Positions 13,705 to 27,310 of a DNA stretch of 64,000 bases are shown piece after piece. The DNA comes from Octopus sinensis. Its lineage: Eukaryota. Both the position numbers and the translations under genes were made by a program. Positions within the stretch are counted from its first letter, which is position 1; every line of letters starts with the position of its first letter. The stretch is taken from positions 175,522,001 to 175,586,000 of the forward strand of contig NC_042998.1 in assembly GCF_006345805.1 (NCBI RefSeq), read 5' to 3'. The notes beneath the pieces were generated by a model. It saw only the letters and a program-made list of their open reading frames with translations. It was not told where the DNA came from and ran no database searches.

Positions 13705-14360
13705 TAATGTCAGTGTGCATACTCGACAGAGTGTAGGTGCCTTGAGAGAAAAGTTGGACCTAAGAAGCTTCAGAGGTGGTGTGCAACAGAGACAACTGTG
13801 CTGGTATGGTCATGTGGTGAGAATGGATGAGGATAGCTATGTGAAGAAGTGTTACACCCTAGTAGTGAGGGAACCTGTGGAAGTGGTAGACCCAGGAAAA
13901 CCTGGGATGAGGTGGTGAAGCATGATTTCGAACATTAGGCCTCACCAAAGCAATGACTAGTGATTGAGACCTTTGAAAATATGCTGTGCTTGAAGATCCG
14001 GCAAGCCAAGTGAGACCATAACCCGTGGCCTATGCCAGTGGCATGTGGAAAACAACATTCGAGCAAGGTTGTTGCCAGTGCCGCTGGACTGGCTCCTGTG
14101 CAGGTGACATGTAAAAAACACCATTTGAGCGTGGCCATTGCCAGTACCGCCTGACTGGCCCTTGTGCTGGTGGCACATGAAAGCACCCACTACACTCTTA
14201 GAGTGGTTGCTGTTAGGAAGGGCATCCAGCTGTAGAAACTCTGCCAGATCAGAATGGAGCCTGGTGCAGCCATCTGGTTTGCCAGTCCTCAGTCAAACCA
14301 TCCAACTCATGCCAGCATGAAAAGCGGACGTTAAATGATGATGATGATGATGATGATGAT
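13705..14360 (+). mobile_element. RTE LINE 3' fragment (decayed RT C-term + tail)
   Basis: HTRQSVGALREKLDLRS...WYGHVVRMDEDS, followed by the shared tail and (GAT)n. Confidence 0.88.
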
Positions 14361-14818
14361 ATTGCTTATTTGGCCACTGTTTGAACAATCAAACATTGAA
14401 GTCTTAGTCAAAATGTATCATAAATTTGACTCTACGAAATTTTTGTTGTTCTTTATAACTTAATTTAACCACTTTAACAAGAACACTTATTGTATGTATG
14501 TGTGTATATCACTAACATTATATATTTCAGCAGAGAATGCTCACTTCAATTTTGCTTAACCTTTGAAAATTGTTCACATTCAAGGTCCACATATGATACT
14601 GCAAAGTGTGATGCTGCATGATAGCAATGGTCAAAGACTATTGCTATCATGCAGCATCATACATCCTTCCTTAAATCTGAAGGAGAAATCCTTTGTTACT
14701 TTGAATAGTTCCTTGAACTTATTTTACTCTATTCTTACTTTGGTTCACTGTAGTTTTGGAATATTTATCTCCATTGCTAATTAGGTCATCTAGGTAACAA
14801 AAACCATTAATTACTTTG

Positions 14819-14849
<31 letters not shown>

Positions 14850-15079
14850 CACATTACAAAGAATAAGTAAATTTCAAATTTGGGATAGCTGTGAAAAAAA
14901 AAGCCTAGAAAATTGGGCAAATACCCCTAGAAGATGGAAAGAAGTTGCCAGTAGGCAGCTACAGAGACTCAAACCTTGTACTTCTCACAGCAATCCTGTG
15001 TTCAAAATTTACTTTATTTTTTTGTAAAATACCAACCCACTTATTACTTCTAAGTTTGTTTATAAAAATGTTCTCATAT

Positions 15080-15505
15080 ATCATCATCATCATTACCATC
15101 ATCATCGTCATTTAATGTCCATTTTCCATGCTGGTATGGGTTTGACAGGAGCTGGCCAGCTGAAGGGATTCCTGGGCTCCATGTCTGTTTTGGCATGGTT
15201 TCAATGGCTGGCTGCCAACCACTTTATAGAGTATACTGGGTGCTTTTATGCAGCACCAGCATGGGTGCCTTTTACATCCCACTAGCACCCATGAACCCAC
15301 AAGATTAGGATCACTCAGCTGAAGAGGGATGCAGGGACAACCACGATTTTACTTATCCTTGCATGTCTTCTCAAACGCAGCAAACTGCCAGGAGTTTTGG
15401 TCCCTTGTCATCCCCACTGTTAGGCCCATCATCTGAACATCCTTTCTCACCACTTCATCCTACGTCTTCCTGGGTCTACCTCTTCCATATCTTCCCTCTA
15501 CATAC
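15080..15505 (-). mobile_element. Old RTE 3' fragment
   Basis: (CAT)n, diverged tail motif, and a decayed RT C-terminus (cttcctgggtctacctcttcc). Confidence 0.75.
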
Positions 15506-15953
15506 ATGCAGAGAGAGAGAGAGAGAGATCGAGATCATTTTTGAAAGACTCCTAGAAGCAAAATGATGTTATTTGATGCAATTGAATACTAGCATTTAGT
15601 AGAAATACCTTGTGCATAATACAAGTTTGAAGGACCAGGTAGTGCACACAAATAACATGGTATATTGAGGTGTGTGTGTGTGTCTGTGTTTACTTTTGTG
15701 ATGTGTGTATGTATATATCTATTCACTTTAATTAATAAAACTGCCAAGTTACCACAGAACAGTTACTCAGAGTTTCATGTACCCTTTGTCAGACAGTTGT
15801 GATGAGTTTTCATCACAACTGGCTGATGAACAAGAACATAAAACTCTGAGTAACAAGTCTGTGATAATTTTGCAGCTTTAATAAAAAAAGTATATTACCC
15901 TAACTTTGGTATTCGAGTACTATTTTTTCCACCTTGTTTTGCACTTATGTGCT

Positions 15954-16034
<81 letters not shown>

Positions 16035-16036
16035 GA

Positions 16037-16248
16037 ATACCGCCTGACTGGCCCTCATGCCAGTGGCACGTAAAAGCACCCACTACACTCTCGGAGTGGT
16101 TGGCGTTAGGAAGGGCATCCAGCTGTAGAAGCTCTGCCAGATCAGATTGGTGTCTGGTGCAGCCATCTGGTTCGCCAGACCTCAGTCAAATCACCCAACC
16201 CATGCTAGCATGGAAAGCGGACGTTAAACGATGATGATGATGATGATA
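16037..16248 (+). mobile_element. RTE 3' tail
   Basis: Shared tail motif ending ggacgttaaacgatgatgatg. Confidence 0.85.
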
Positions 16249-16544
16249 TATATATTGTAAATGGGTTCAATTGAATTGTTAGCTATGGTATTTCACACTA
16301 TATTATATACAATATACATTACGATAACAGTAAGGATATCAGGATGTGAAAAAAAAACACTCTGAAAATTACACAAGAAGTAGTTAATATATAAATATAG
16401 TTTATGTGACTCACAATTGTACCCTTAACCATTCTGTTACCAATCTGACTGAGACATTGTTTTAAGATACAAAACTCTTTCATTAAGATATGGTCCATAC
16501 ATATGATCTTAATAAAAAAATAAACCCTATCTTTTATCTTTTAC

Positions 16545-16905
16545 TTGTTTCATGTATTTGACTGGCCATGCTGGGACACTGTCTTAAAGAGTTTTTAGTC
16601 AAATGAACCAACCCTAATACTGATTTTTTATTCAGCCTGGTACTTTTTCTATCAGTCTCTTTTGCAGAACCACTAATTTATGGGGATGTAAACCCACCAA
16701 CACTAGTTGTCTATATGTAGTGGGAGACAAACACACACACACATCATGGGCTTTTTTTCAGTTTCTGTCTACCAGATCCACTCACAAGGCTTAGGTGGGC
16801 CTGAGCTTACAGTAGAAGACACATGTCCAAGGTGCCATGCTGTGGGATTGAACCTGGAACTATGTGGTTGGGAAACAAACTTCTTACACAGTCACGCCTA
16901 TGCCT
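16545..16905 (-). mobile_element. Same SINE family as 62685
   Basis: ccactcacaaggctt...agtagaagacacatgtccaaggtgccatgctgtgggattgaacc. Confidence 0.75.
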
Positions 16906-17282
16906 AGTTTACTTAGTTGCTCAAACTACTTGATTATTTCCCTGGATTAATTGATACACTTACAGGCTGAGTAAGTAATTAAAAATGAGGTTACAAAAGT
17001 CATTAACATCATCATTCCTACTGTTTTAATATTGTTGGTACATTCCAATCTTAATTAAAATACCTTGCAATACAATTTCCATAGAAATCCTTTGAACTTC
17101 TAAAATAACATTCACAGCTTTATTTTACTCTCTTTTGTTCCAGGACCAAATACTCTAGATCTTAGATTCTGAAACATGAATAAAAAGGATCTTGTTGAGG
17201 AAATAATTGAAATAATATTAGTCATCGAGTTAATAATGTCTTTTCTTTACTGAGATATTTCTCATTTTATTTTTGAAGATCA

Positions 17283-17481
17283 CCTCTGTGCCGGTGGCAT
17301 GTAAAAAGCACACACTACGCTCACGGAGTGGTTGGCGTTAGGAAGGGCATCCAGCTGTAGAAACACTGCCAGATCAGACTGGAGCCTGGTGCAGCCTTCT
17401 GGCTTCCCAGATCCCCAGTCGAACCGTCCAACCCATGCTAGCATGGAGAACGGACGTTAAATGATGATGATGATGATGATG
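17283..17481 (+). mobile_element. RTE 3' tail
   Basis: Shared tail motif with (GAT)n. Confidence 0.85.
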
Positions 17482-18591
17482 ACTACATCAGAAAACTTGA
17501 TCCCTAACTTGACTACCTTTTTCACACAAATGAAGTTTCTGAGTGATTAAGCTCCATGGTTTATTATTTTATTTTGTCTATTAATTATTCACATCAACTC
17601 ATGTACCATAGTATATATTTACTAAAGTGATTCTCTCATCACTAACTTAGCAAGCACAGTGTATGCTATACTGAGGAGGTTCAATAAAACTGTAATATGT
17701 CTGAAGTTGTCTCCCATATTTATTACTCATTGAGGCTCACTGCTTAAATATTCCTAATTAGGTTTTTTATCCCCACTATATTAAGCATGTCATATTAGAC
17801 GTATTAAGTATGTCTAACGTGTCTTATAGAGACTGAGATTGCTTAGAGAACAGAGAGTTGGGCTTAAAACTTAACATTGTTTAGTTCTGAGCCTTCTTCT
17901 TTTCAGTTAATATTTTTCGCTAGATAAATGTTTCTTTAAAATTTCATATTTGACAGCGCTAGTAAAGTTGCTGAGAACTAATTTGAATAGCATTATGCCT
18001 TGCCATATCTCATTTGGTTAAATAACAGCAGAAACATTTGCATGGCTTCATGACTATTTACTTTTTAAGCACTTTATTTCTTTAGTGTGTTTAAAAGTAA
18101 ATTCATATTGCTTTTTAATGTTAACTGAAACCCTACTTTTCATTGTTACACTGTTGTTGTAACTGCTGCTGTTTTAGAAGTTTTGACATGACGTCAAGGC
18201 CAACATAATTTAAGCACTTTAAAGAAATTATATATATATTGCCATTGTCACAGTTGTATTCTACTGACCTACTTTGGCTTTCTTTAATGGTAGTTATTGA
18301 AATCATTTCTTTTTGTTGACTTATTCTCTTCAAAGACACGGTTACGTCATTGCCTCTCTCTAACCATTCCTCCTCCAGCTTCCATTTTCTCCTCTTTTTT
18401 TTTCTCCAATTAATCATATTAAAAATTTATTTATTTGTTCACTCTTCCATTATTTGAATTAAGTTGCCTAAAACAAAGAAACTTTTAAAGGTTATCATAG
18501 TAATCAAAGATAACTTAACCTGTGTTATATAATGTTGCTGAAAATGAAAAGTAATGTTTGAAAGTAGCAGGGAAATCGTTTATTTATATAT

Positions 18592-18750
18592 ATCATCATC
18601 ATCATCATCATCATCATCGTTTAGCGTCCGCTTTCCATGCTGGCATGGGTTGGACGGTTCAACTGGGGTCTGGGAAGCCAGAAGGCTGCACCAGGCCCAG
18701 TCTGATCTGGCAATGTTTCTACGGCTGGATGCCCTTCCTAACGCCAAACC
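18592..18750 (-). mobile_element. RTE 3' tail
   Basis: Reverse complement of the shared tail, with (CAT)n. Confidence 0.85.
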
Positions 18751-19368
18751 CTTCCTAACGAATTTATATATTGTTTGTTTCTGAAATTTATTCTTAATTT
18801 CTTTTTTTAATGTTAGTAAATTTAAGCTTTTTTTATAAATGTTATTGTTATTAAGTTTAGGTTATCGCTTATATCTAAGCCAGTTTCTGATCTGAGACAC
18901 TCTAGATTTCTCCATTTCATCTTTTTTTTTCTTTCAAAAATACTGTATAATTACCCAATGTGTCAGACTATAATTACCCAATGTGTCCTTTCTTTTATAA
19001 GGTGACTGTCATTCTCTTACAGATCTCATCTGTTAGTTCAGATATGACAGACTCTGTCACCTAATATGGTTACTATCAGTAGCACTGCCCTGCCTGCATA
19101 GGCTGTTTTGAAGGTTACCCATTCAGCAAGAACTATTGTCAAGAAAGGTGGTGGTTAATTAATCCACAGATCAGTTGATAGAATAGTAATGATCCTTCTG
19201 TAGGTTTAGTTATAAAAATCTTTCCTTTTTTTTCAATGGAGCAACACCTGTATGAGTGGGCTGCAAAAACTGATACAGTCAATAATGAGGCCTACAGCAG
19301 CAAACTTAATCCTTGCAGTTGTGAAGAACAGTCTTACCTGTATACTTCTCAGTGGCATCATCGTTCAA

Positions 19369-19600
19369 GAGCGGCGAGCTGGCAGAAACGTTAGCACGCC
19401 GGGCGAAATGCTTAGCAGTATTTCGTCTGCCGTTATGTTGTGAGTTCAAATTCCGCCGAGGTCGACTTTGCCTTTCATCCTTTCGGGGTCGATTAATTAA
19501 GTACCAGTTACGCACTGGGGTCGATGTAATCGACTTAATACCTATGTCTGTCCTTGTTTGTCCCCTCTATGTTTAGCCCCTTGTGGGTAGTAAAGAAATA
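19369..19600 (+). mobile_element. Full-length SINE, same family as 48229
   Basis: High similarity to 48229-48459; diverged TSD ggcatcatcgttc / ggtatcatcattc. Confidence 0.9.
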
Positions 19601-20544
19601 GGTATCATCATTCTTAAATTCTCTCAGTAAAGTTCTTGGCAACTTTTTTGCCATGTTATTTGTCTGCTATAAGTATTAAACTTACCACAGTCTATGGGCT
19701 GCATTTCTAACCAAGCCAAAATTCATTATTTCACTCCTGCTCTGAATTGATCTAGCTTTGGTATTCTAAGCCTAGCCATGCATGTTCCTTACAACACTCC
19801 TCTCGATGACAAAATTCAGTGTCAGGCTAACACTGGTTCACCCACTACGACTAAATGTATCCTGGTGGCTTACTTTCTTTCCCTTTCAGCCATATTGGCA
19901 GGTAACTGTGACTAAGTGGTAAATATTAATGCGTAAAAAGTAGCTGTTGCAATGGTGTCCAATAAAATTGGTGAATGTTAAACAACACAAACACTTTGTT
20001 ATTCATGGTTCACAATGTGTAGATTGAATATGACATACTTACTTGTCAATGAATGCCACCACAACAGTTTAACAAAACAGGTGATAGAAAATGCTGATGC
20101 TCTGGCTGAACCTTGGCTGTGATAATCTGGCTTGCAAAATGGAGAGAAACAGCATGCATGTGTGACCATTAGTCTCTTGTTAAGAGTAACTAGCTTATAA
20201 GGCAAGGATTTCACCATATCATTCTTCATAGTGGATATGATTACAACTGCACAGACACTTCCTCTGAATGAACAAGAGGAAAAAGCAAAACTTTCAATCT
20301 TCTATGGAAAAATGTGGAAAATAAAATCTCCGAAATTAAAATATATGCACAAAATTCTTACTTTATACATATTCAAAAATTTATGTTAATTCTCTATTCA
20401 AACAGCAAAGTAGGTATATATTTACTTAACCCACATATCTGTTGATTAAGGTCTTCATTGTCGGGTGATTATTATGTAAGTACAGGCCAGACAGGACAGA
20501 TACACAGAAAAAAAGGAATGTTTTGTGATTTCCTTCATTACATT

Positions 20545-20808
20545 CATCATCATCATCATCATCATCATCATCGTTTAACGTCCATTCTCCATGCTAGCAT
20601 GGGTTGGACGGTTCGACCGGGGATCTGGGAAGCCAGAAGGCTGCACCAGGTTCCGGTCTGATCTGGCAATGTTTCTACAGCTGGATGCCTTTCCTAACGC
20701 CAACCACTCCGTGAGTGTAGTGGGTGCTTTTTACGTGCCACCTGCACTGGTGCCAGGCAAGGCTGGCATCGGCCACGGTCAGATTGGTGCATTTTACGTG
20801 CCATCTGC
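20545..20808 (-). mobile_element. RTE 3' tail
   Basis: Reverse complement of the shared tail, with (CAT)n. Confidence 0.85.
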
Positions 20809-21186
20809 CTTTCCTAGAAATTGATTACATCCTTCAAATCTGTTTATATTTCTTGAAAATGACTGCTCTGTTACTTTTGCCAATGCAATGTTCTGTTACA
20901 AAAACAGAATTACCATTTGTTGATCTATTTTTGTCAATGTCAGGCTCTTATTTGTTTTTATTTTCCATGATTCGTTTCTCATCTGGAATAATTTGAAACA
21001 ATTTTATTCTCTGATGCTGTTCTAATTTTGTATGTCTGGCCTTTAAAAAGCCTTCATTTATATTTTTGTTTTATTGTTTTATGAAATTTAATAAAACACA
21101 ATCTTACTTCAGAAGCAACTAGTGAATTACACTGTATTAGCAGACCTTGTAATTTATATTAAATTGCTTTACGTGTGTGTGTGTGT

Positions 21187-21240
<54 letters not shown>

Positions 21241-21914
21241 TGCATGCACGTGTGTGTGATGTGTATATGTATGCACATACACATAATGTATACACTCATA
21301 TGCATGTTTGTGTGTGTATGCATGTGTATTTGTGTATATGCATGTATATCCACACATATATGCATGTTTGTGTGTACTTGTGTGTATATGTGTTATATAT
21401 AAAATCAGATGTAATAGAATGTCCCATTGCATATGAAGGTTTGTTTTTTATGTATGTGTGTTTATTTGTGTTTATGTGTGTTTGTGTTTTCCCCATCTGT
21501 GTCTTGACATTGCTCAAGTGTTTAAAGTGTAAAATGATGACACTGTTTAGATGACATCAGTGCTTTAAACTTGCTACAAGTTTAAAGCATTGATGAACCA
21601 CAAGCTCTGTGGTTCATCATGTGAAAAACCAGGGAGATAATTACCTAATGAGGAAAAAAAGAATGGGTTGGCAACAGGAAGGACACCTAGCTATAGAAAA
21701 CTGCCTCAATAAGTTTTTGTCTAAACCATGTAAACATAGAAAATACAGGCCTAAAAATGATAATATGTGTGTGTGTGTGTGTGTGAGGAACTCTCCCGTT
21801 TTCAGATGATGTATGAGGGTTTGAGTATTTCTTATCGAACAACCACACAAATGATTTGTTTATAGTGATCAAATGTTTGTATACACATAAGCTCACTCCC
21901 TCCATCAAATCGAC

Positions 21915-22085
21915 ATTACCTGTACAGGTGCAATGGGTGCCACATGTCAGATGATGAAATTATCGCAGAGCAACATGAAATGAAGTGCTTTGCTCAAGAA
22001 CACAATGCAATGTACGGTCTGGGAATCGAAACCACAATCTTGCAATCGTGAGTGCGACATCCTAAACACTGAGCCATGTGCTCTA
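21915..22085 (-). mobile_element. CORE-like tRNA SINE fragment
   Basis: Reverse strand: tRNA-like head, then tgttcttgagcaaagcacttcatttcatgttgctctg. Confidence 0.65.
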
Positions 22086-22649
22086 TATGTGTGTGTATAT
22101 ATATATATATATATGTATGGGGGGGGGGCAGTCCTTTGCAGGCTCTTCAATGTAATTGATTCATTTGTTCGTTTATACAGTTTCAAGTCTACATCCGAAG
22201 GAAAGATGTGCAGGAAAGGAGTTGCCGGTGGGGTTGATGTTTTGGGGAGAAAGTATTGCATGTAGTGGTTAATGCAGGACCTGGGCAGAGTTGGACACAC
22301 TATGAGTAATGAGAGGAGGGGAGATGCATGAGTCAGGAGTGCCTGATTGGTGGTGGTATGGAGGCCTTTATAGTTGCAGTAGAAGAGGCTGAAGGAGGGG
22401 ACAGCATGTCGGTGGTCCCAAAACTGGATCATATCTCTGAGTGTGTTTATGCCAATCACGTGAGTAGCCTTACTCTGGATGCAGTCTGGGATGTCTGTGT
22501 GTATAGCTATAACACTGAATGGAGTATTGCACATAATCCTCCCACACGAAGTGGGAGCAATTCTCCTTCAAAATATATATGTGTGTTTGTGTGTGTTGAG
22601 GTGCCTATGTATATGTGTTTATATGTAGGTATGTGTGTTTCTATGTATA

Positions 22650-22722
<73 letters not shown>

Positions 22723-24959
22723 TTATAAAACACACACATATACACACATTTACATTTACAGTGTACATCTCTGTTGGACAAAGTTTTGTATAAAGAGAAA
22801 TAAACTAATTACCGAGAGACAGTGTCTTTCTTGGTTTGTGTAAGGTTAGTTCAGATGCTTTATAATATTTATGCATTACCTTTGAAGGGCAAAGAAATAC
22901 AAGTGAAGTTAAAGGGTTATGGCATGCTGAACAAAATGCTTAGCAGCATTTAGCACATTTAGTTTTGAGTTCAAGTGCCACCAAAGTTGAATTTAGCCTT
23001 CATTCTTTTGGGAATCAATAAAAGAAGTACCAAGTTGGGCATTGGGGTTAAAATAATTGACTAGCTCCCTCTACTCCCAAATTTCAGACCTTGTGCTTGT
23101 AGTAGAAAGGAGTATTAGCGGTAGTAATTTTGTTATTATTGGTAGTAGTGGATGGGAAAAATGGTTAGAGCTTTGCAGAAATACTTTGCAGTATTTCCTT
23201 CCTCTTTTCTGTTCTGGCATCAAGTCATGTCGAGGTCAATTTCACCTTTCATTCCTCCAAGGCTGATAAAATAAAATATGAGTCAAGTACTGGGGATGTC
23301 TGTGATGCTATTGACTAACCTCGTCCATTAATACTACTGGCCTTGTGTCTAAATTAGGAACAGTTATCAGTAATAGTATTATTATTGTTGTTGTTGTTAA
23401 TTAGATTTTATTTTAATGACTTCCATTTTACTAAAGTAGGTTGTGCTACTTTCACTTTGAAGTCCTACAGATGTGAACTGACTTTAAAGAACTGAAGTGT
23501 TAGTCATAGAAAATGACTTCATTCCTCTTAAGAAATGAATTTAGACATTCTTGCACACATACACATATGTGTATATGTATGAATCTGCTGTATGTATGTG
23601 TGTTCCCATACATTCAGATATGTATGTCGTTATATATATATAAAATCATCATACAACTTTTTATAGAGAAACAACATTCACTTGGTTGTGGATGTTTTAT
23701 GTGTCTGATGAGATTTACCTGCATGAATCTAGTGATATGTATCTGATAATGAGGACCAATACATGGATTAAAGAGTGAAGCAGATAAGAGCAAAATATAT
23801 GTAGGCACTAGCATATCCTTATTGTTATAAAGTTTGCTTCATAACCACATGGGAAAGCCTTGGGTTGATCTATATCCTGTCAGTGACACTTGGTAAACAG
23901 AAACTGTGCATATTTTCTTGTATATAAACATACAAAAATCTACAGACACTAAAATGAGCACTGACCCTTCTGCCTTTGCCTTTAATTGATCCAACCAAAT
24001 CATAATATACAGAACAAACACATATATTGGCTAAGAACTGCAAACATAAAATCCAATAGGTGCTGGCCAACAGTACAATGAACTAACACCCACAAAATAC
24101 CTGTAATTTTTACATAGGTATGCTAGAACAAAAATGAGTAAAACACATGCACCTCAAAGAGCACATTTGCACACAAACACACAAGGATGTATATGCATGG
24201 ACTCATGCACAAAGATGCACAAACAATGCAACTGGGCATGGCAGATATTAAAAGTGAGCAGTTATGCTTTCACCTGCATCAACCTTCAACTGATCTGATG
24301 ATCATACCAAAATACACACAACAGATACACAGGTACTGAGGTTAATGTGACCAATTAAAAATATTTGAAGATGGTGTCTCAGTCAAGGCCATAGTCATGG
24401 CTACAATTCTGTTGTCCTTTTGTTGAAATCAGTAAAAGAATATAATAATAGAAGCACAAACATGGGTACATGTGTGTGTGTGTGTGTGTTTTGATTACTT
24501 CAAATCCACGTCTATTACAACCTCACTCTCTCTCTTCCTTACTTTCTCTAGTATCACTTCTTCCCTCATATCCTGGTCTTCTCTAATCACTCTCTCTTCC
24601 TATCCAGTTGTCTTCAAAGAAAGGAATGGAGTCAACGCAAGGAAGGTGGAACTCTTTGAGTTTAATAAGAATACGATAAACTTTGTAGTACTGATGAATA
24701 AATGAACAGAAATTACATAGGGTAGAGAAGACTTGTTTCTGGCAAAACTACGAGAAAATTCATAGTCTTGCCAAGAAGAAATCAACTTCTTTAATCCTTG
24801 TGCCATGATAAAACACACACAGTACATATATAAAGTGATTGGTAACAGGAAGAGCAACTTGGTGTAGAAACAAGAAAATAGAATGTAGAAGTGAGGCAGA
24901 GCAAACCTGGAAAAGCAAATGTAAAATGATAATGACGATAATGATATATATATATATAT

Positions 24960-25155
24960 AGTTAATCCAAACAAGAAAGCACAAAAAGACACAACAACAC
25001 GAGGAAATGGAACAAATATAGTATTATTTGACGCTCAGGAAAGAAGGAGGGTTTAACGTTTCGAGCGGAGCTCTTCATTGGAAATATAGGAAAAGGAAAG
25101 ATCCAGAGAAGGGAAGACAGAGGAAAAAAAATCACAAACGGTACACACGCAGTCA
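24960..25155. mobile_element. Penelope-like element terminal fragment between (TA)n tracts
   Basis: The reverse strand has gaagagctccgctcgaaacgtt, a PLE-end-like motif; a related partial copy lies at 60810-60900. Confidence 0.55.
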
Positions 25156-25169
25156 CATTTTGAAAATAT

Positions 25170-25219
<50 letters not shown>

Positions 25220-25321
25220 TCAATTTAGGCACAAGGCCAGCAGTATTAATGGAGGAGGTTAGTCAATAGCATCACAGACATCCCCAGTACTTGACTCATA
25301 TATATATGAGTCAAATATATA

Positions 25322-25364
<43 letters not shown>

Positions 25365-26374
25365 TACAGATATTTAGTTATGTTATTTTAATTCTCAGTT
25401 AATCAGATGAAGCGAAGCAGGACCTATGACTTTTGCAGTCTTTCCCAGACTGATGAGATTGATGGGGCTGTTACTCACTCTAAACATGTGTATGAAAATA
25501 TTGCATTGGTTCTGAGCAAAATGTTTGTAACAGAGAGAAGTCTATTAAAGATGTCAAGCTTGGTGTTAAACTGTGTGATGTGTTTGTTCTGCATGTGTGT
25601 GTGTTTTTAGCCTCTGTGTGTGGTGGTTGTGTGTATGTATGTAATGTGTCTGTGTTTTGTGTGCATGTACATAGAATATGGCATGTATACACAATATAAT
25701 GTGGTATCTTTGTATGCATGTGAGTGTGTCTTAATAGATGAAAAGAAAATATGGACAAGATGAATGTTCTGAAAGATGCAGCTCTAGGAGAAAGAATTGG
25801 ATAAGATATTTAGTATGTAAAGTCTAACTGAGTCTGACACAGACTGGAGAAAAAAAAGGCGTAAAGTGGGTTTAAATAGATGGAAGGAGGGTTGACATTA
25901 AATTTGCATCTCAAAAGGAACAGAGACCTAAGTGCAACAGCACACACTCACTAATTGATACCAGCCTCAAACATCCGCCTCTCTTACTGAAAATAGATGG
26001 TTTTCCCAAACCAATGAACTAAAGGCCTATAATTAGAAGTATTTTTTTTTAGGAACTACCTTCATTAGGAACATTCAATTTGTATGGTTCAGAGATCTCT
26101 ACATGGTTTCCTAAATTAATTAATATTGGAGATGCCTAAAATATGCAACTAAATTTGACACAAAGACCTTTTATTGCTGCTGTTAATTTTAAAAATTATT
26201 AATAAAAACAAAATTGGACAATCGTGCTTTTATTTTCTTTCTGTGTGTATGAATGTATAATTTAGCTGTGAAGCCATGTGTCCATCTAATTCAGTAATTG
26301 TTGGTAGTCTATAATTTATTTTAGTACTCATTGTCTTTCTGTTAAGGTTTATACTGAAATATTTTTTAATATTA

Positions 26375-26830
26375 ACAGCTCTATCTGTATGTAATTATGT
26401 TGCTTTTCAGCCACATAATTTTGGGTTTAATCCCACTGTACCACATCATGTAAGTGTCTTCTATTATACCCTGGGCTGACCAAAGCCTTGTGAGTAGATT
26501 TGGTTGACAGAAACTGAAAGAAGCCTGTTATGTGTGTGTGTGTGTGTGTGTGTGTGCGTGCGCGCGCTACTGTTTCCTTGCTTTGACATCATGTGCTGGT
26601 TGTAAGCAAGTATCACCATCATGCAAGCAGTGTTCTTCACTTCCAATTTTCCGTGAAAACATGTCTGGTCATGGAAGATATTACCTTACTGGGAAATAGG
26701 TGAGAGTTGGTAACAGGGAGGAAATCCAACTGTAGAAAATCTGCCTTAAGAAATTCCGTCTGATCCGTGTGAGCACAGAAAAGCAAATGCTAAATTAATA
26801 ATGATGTTAATGATGATGATGACAACATCA
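26375..26830 (+). mobile_element. Same head + (GT)n, but with an RTE-like (ATG)n tail
   Basis: ccaaagccttgtgagtagatttgg head, then catgtctggtcatgg...ggtgagagttgg...gtagaaaatctgcc...tgatgatg. Confidence 0.7.
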
Positions 26831-27178
26831 TTATCATCATGATAGTACTACCTGTCCATCCCCAGATAGTAGAAAGGAGTGTAGAAGTCTGGCTGTTTCC
26901 TTAAACTCCTAAAGAACTAATGATTCTTGGAACAATGAAGAGATTCTCACAATTCAAATATTTTCATTTTTTTAAATATAAAATATAGAGTAATGATTGT
27001 ACTTACGGAAAAAAAATAGGAGTATAAAAACAATTACCTTGTTGTGCTTTTGTTTGTTGGTATCAATACTAGAAATACATCTTCAGTTGTTACTTTATAT
27101 GTTTGGAGTTGTAAGAAATGCAATTGTCTACTACATGCAGTTCTAATAAGAATTTTTTCTTTTCGTCTCTCTTTTCAG

Positions 27179-27310
27179 CTTGCTAGTGTTGACTATGTCT
27201 ACTTTATGCAACGTAACACCCTGGATCGTCGTAACCGTACCCTGAAGATTGAAGCATACAACGAAAGCTTTTCATCTAGAGTTACTGTTAAAGAGCAATG
27301 CTTTTACTCA
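27179..27310 (+). CDS. SEC14L1: SEC14L1-like exon (PRELI), 132 nt
   Basis: tttcag|CTTGCT...TACTCA|gtaaga; LASVDYVYFMQRNTLDRRNRTLKIEAYNESFSSRVTVKEQCFYS. Confidence 0.93.

Noticed and set aside
18946-18987. Short direct duplications (19 bp here; 24 bp near 59085; 16 bp near 56888)
   Set aside because: Ordinary slippage duplications with no further structure.
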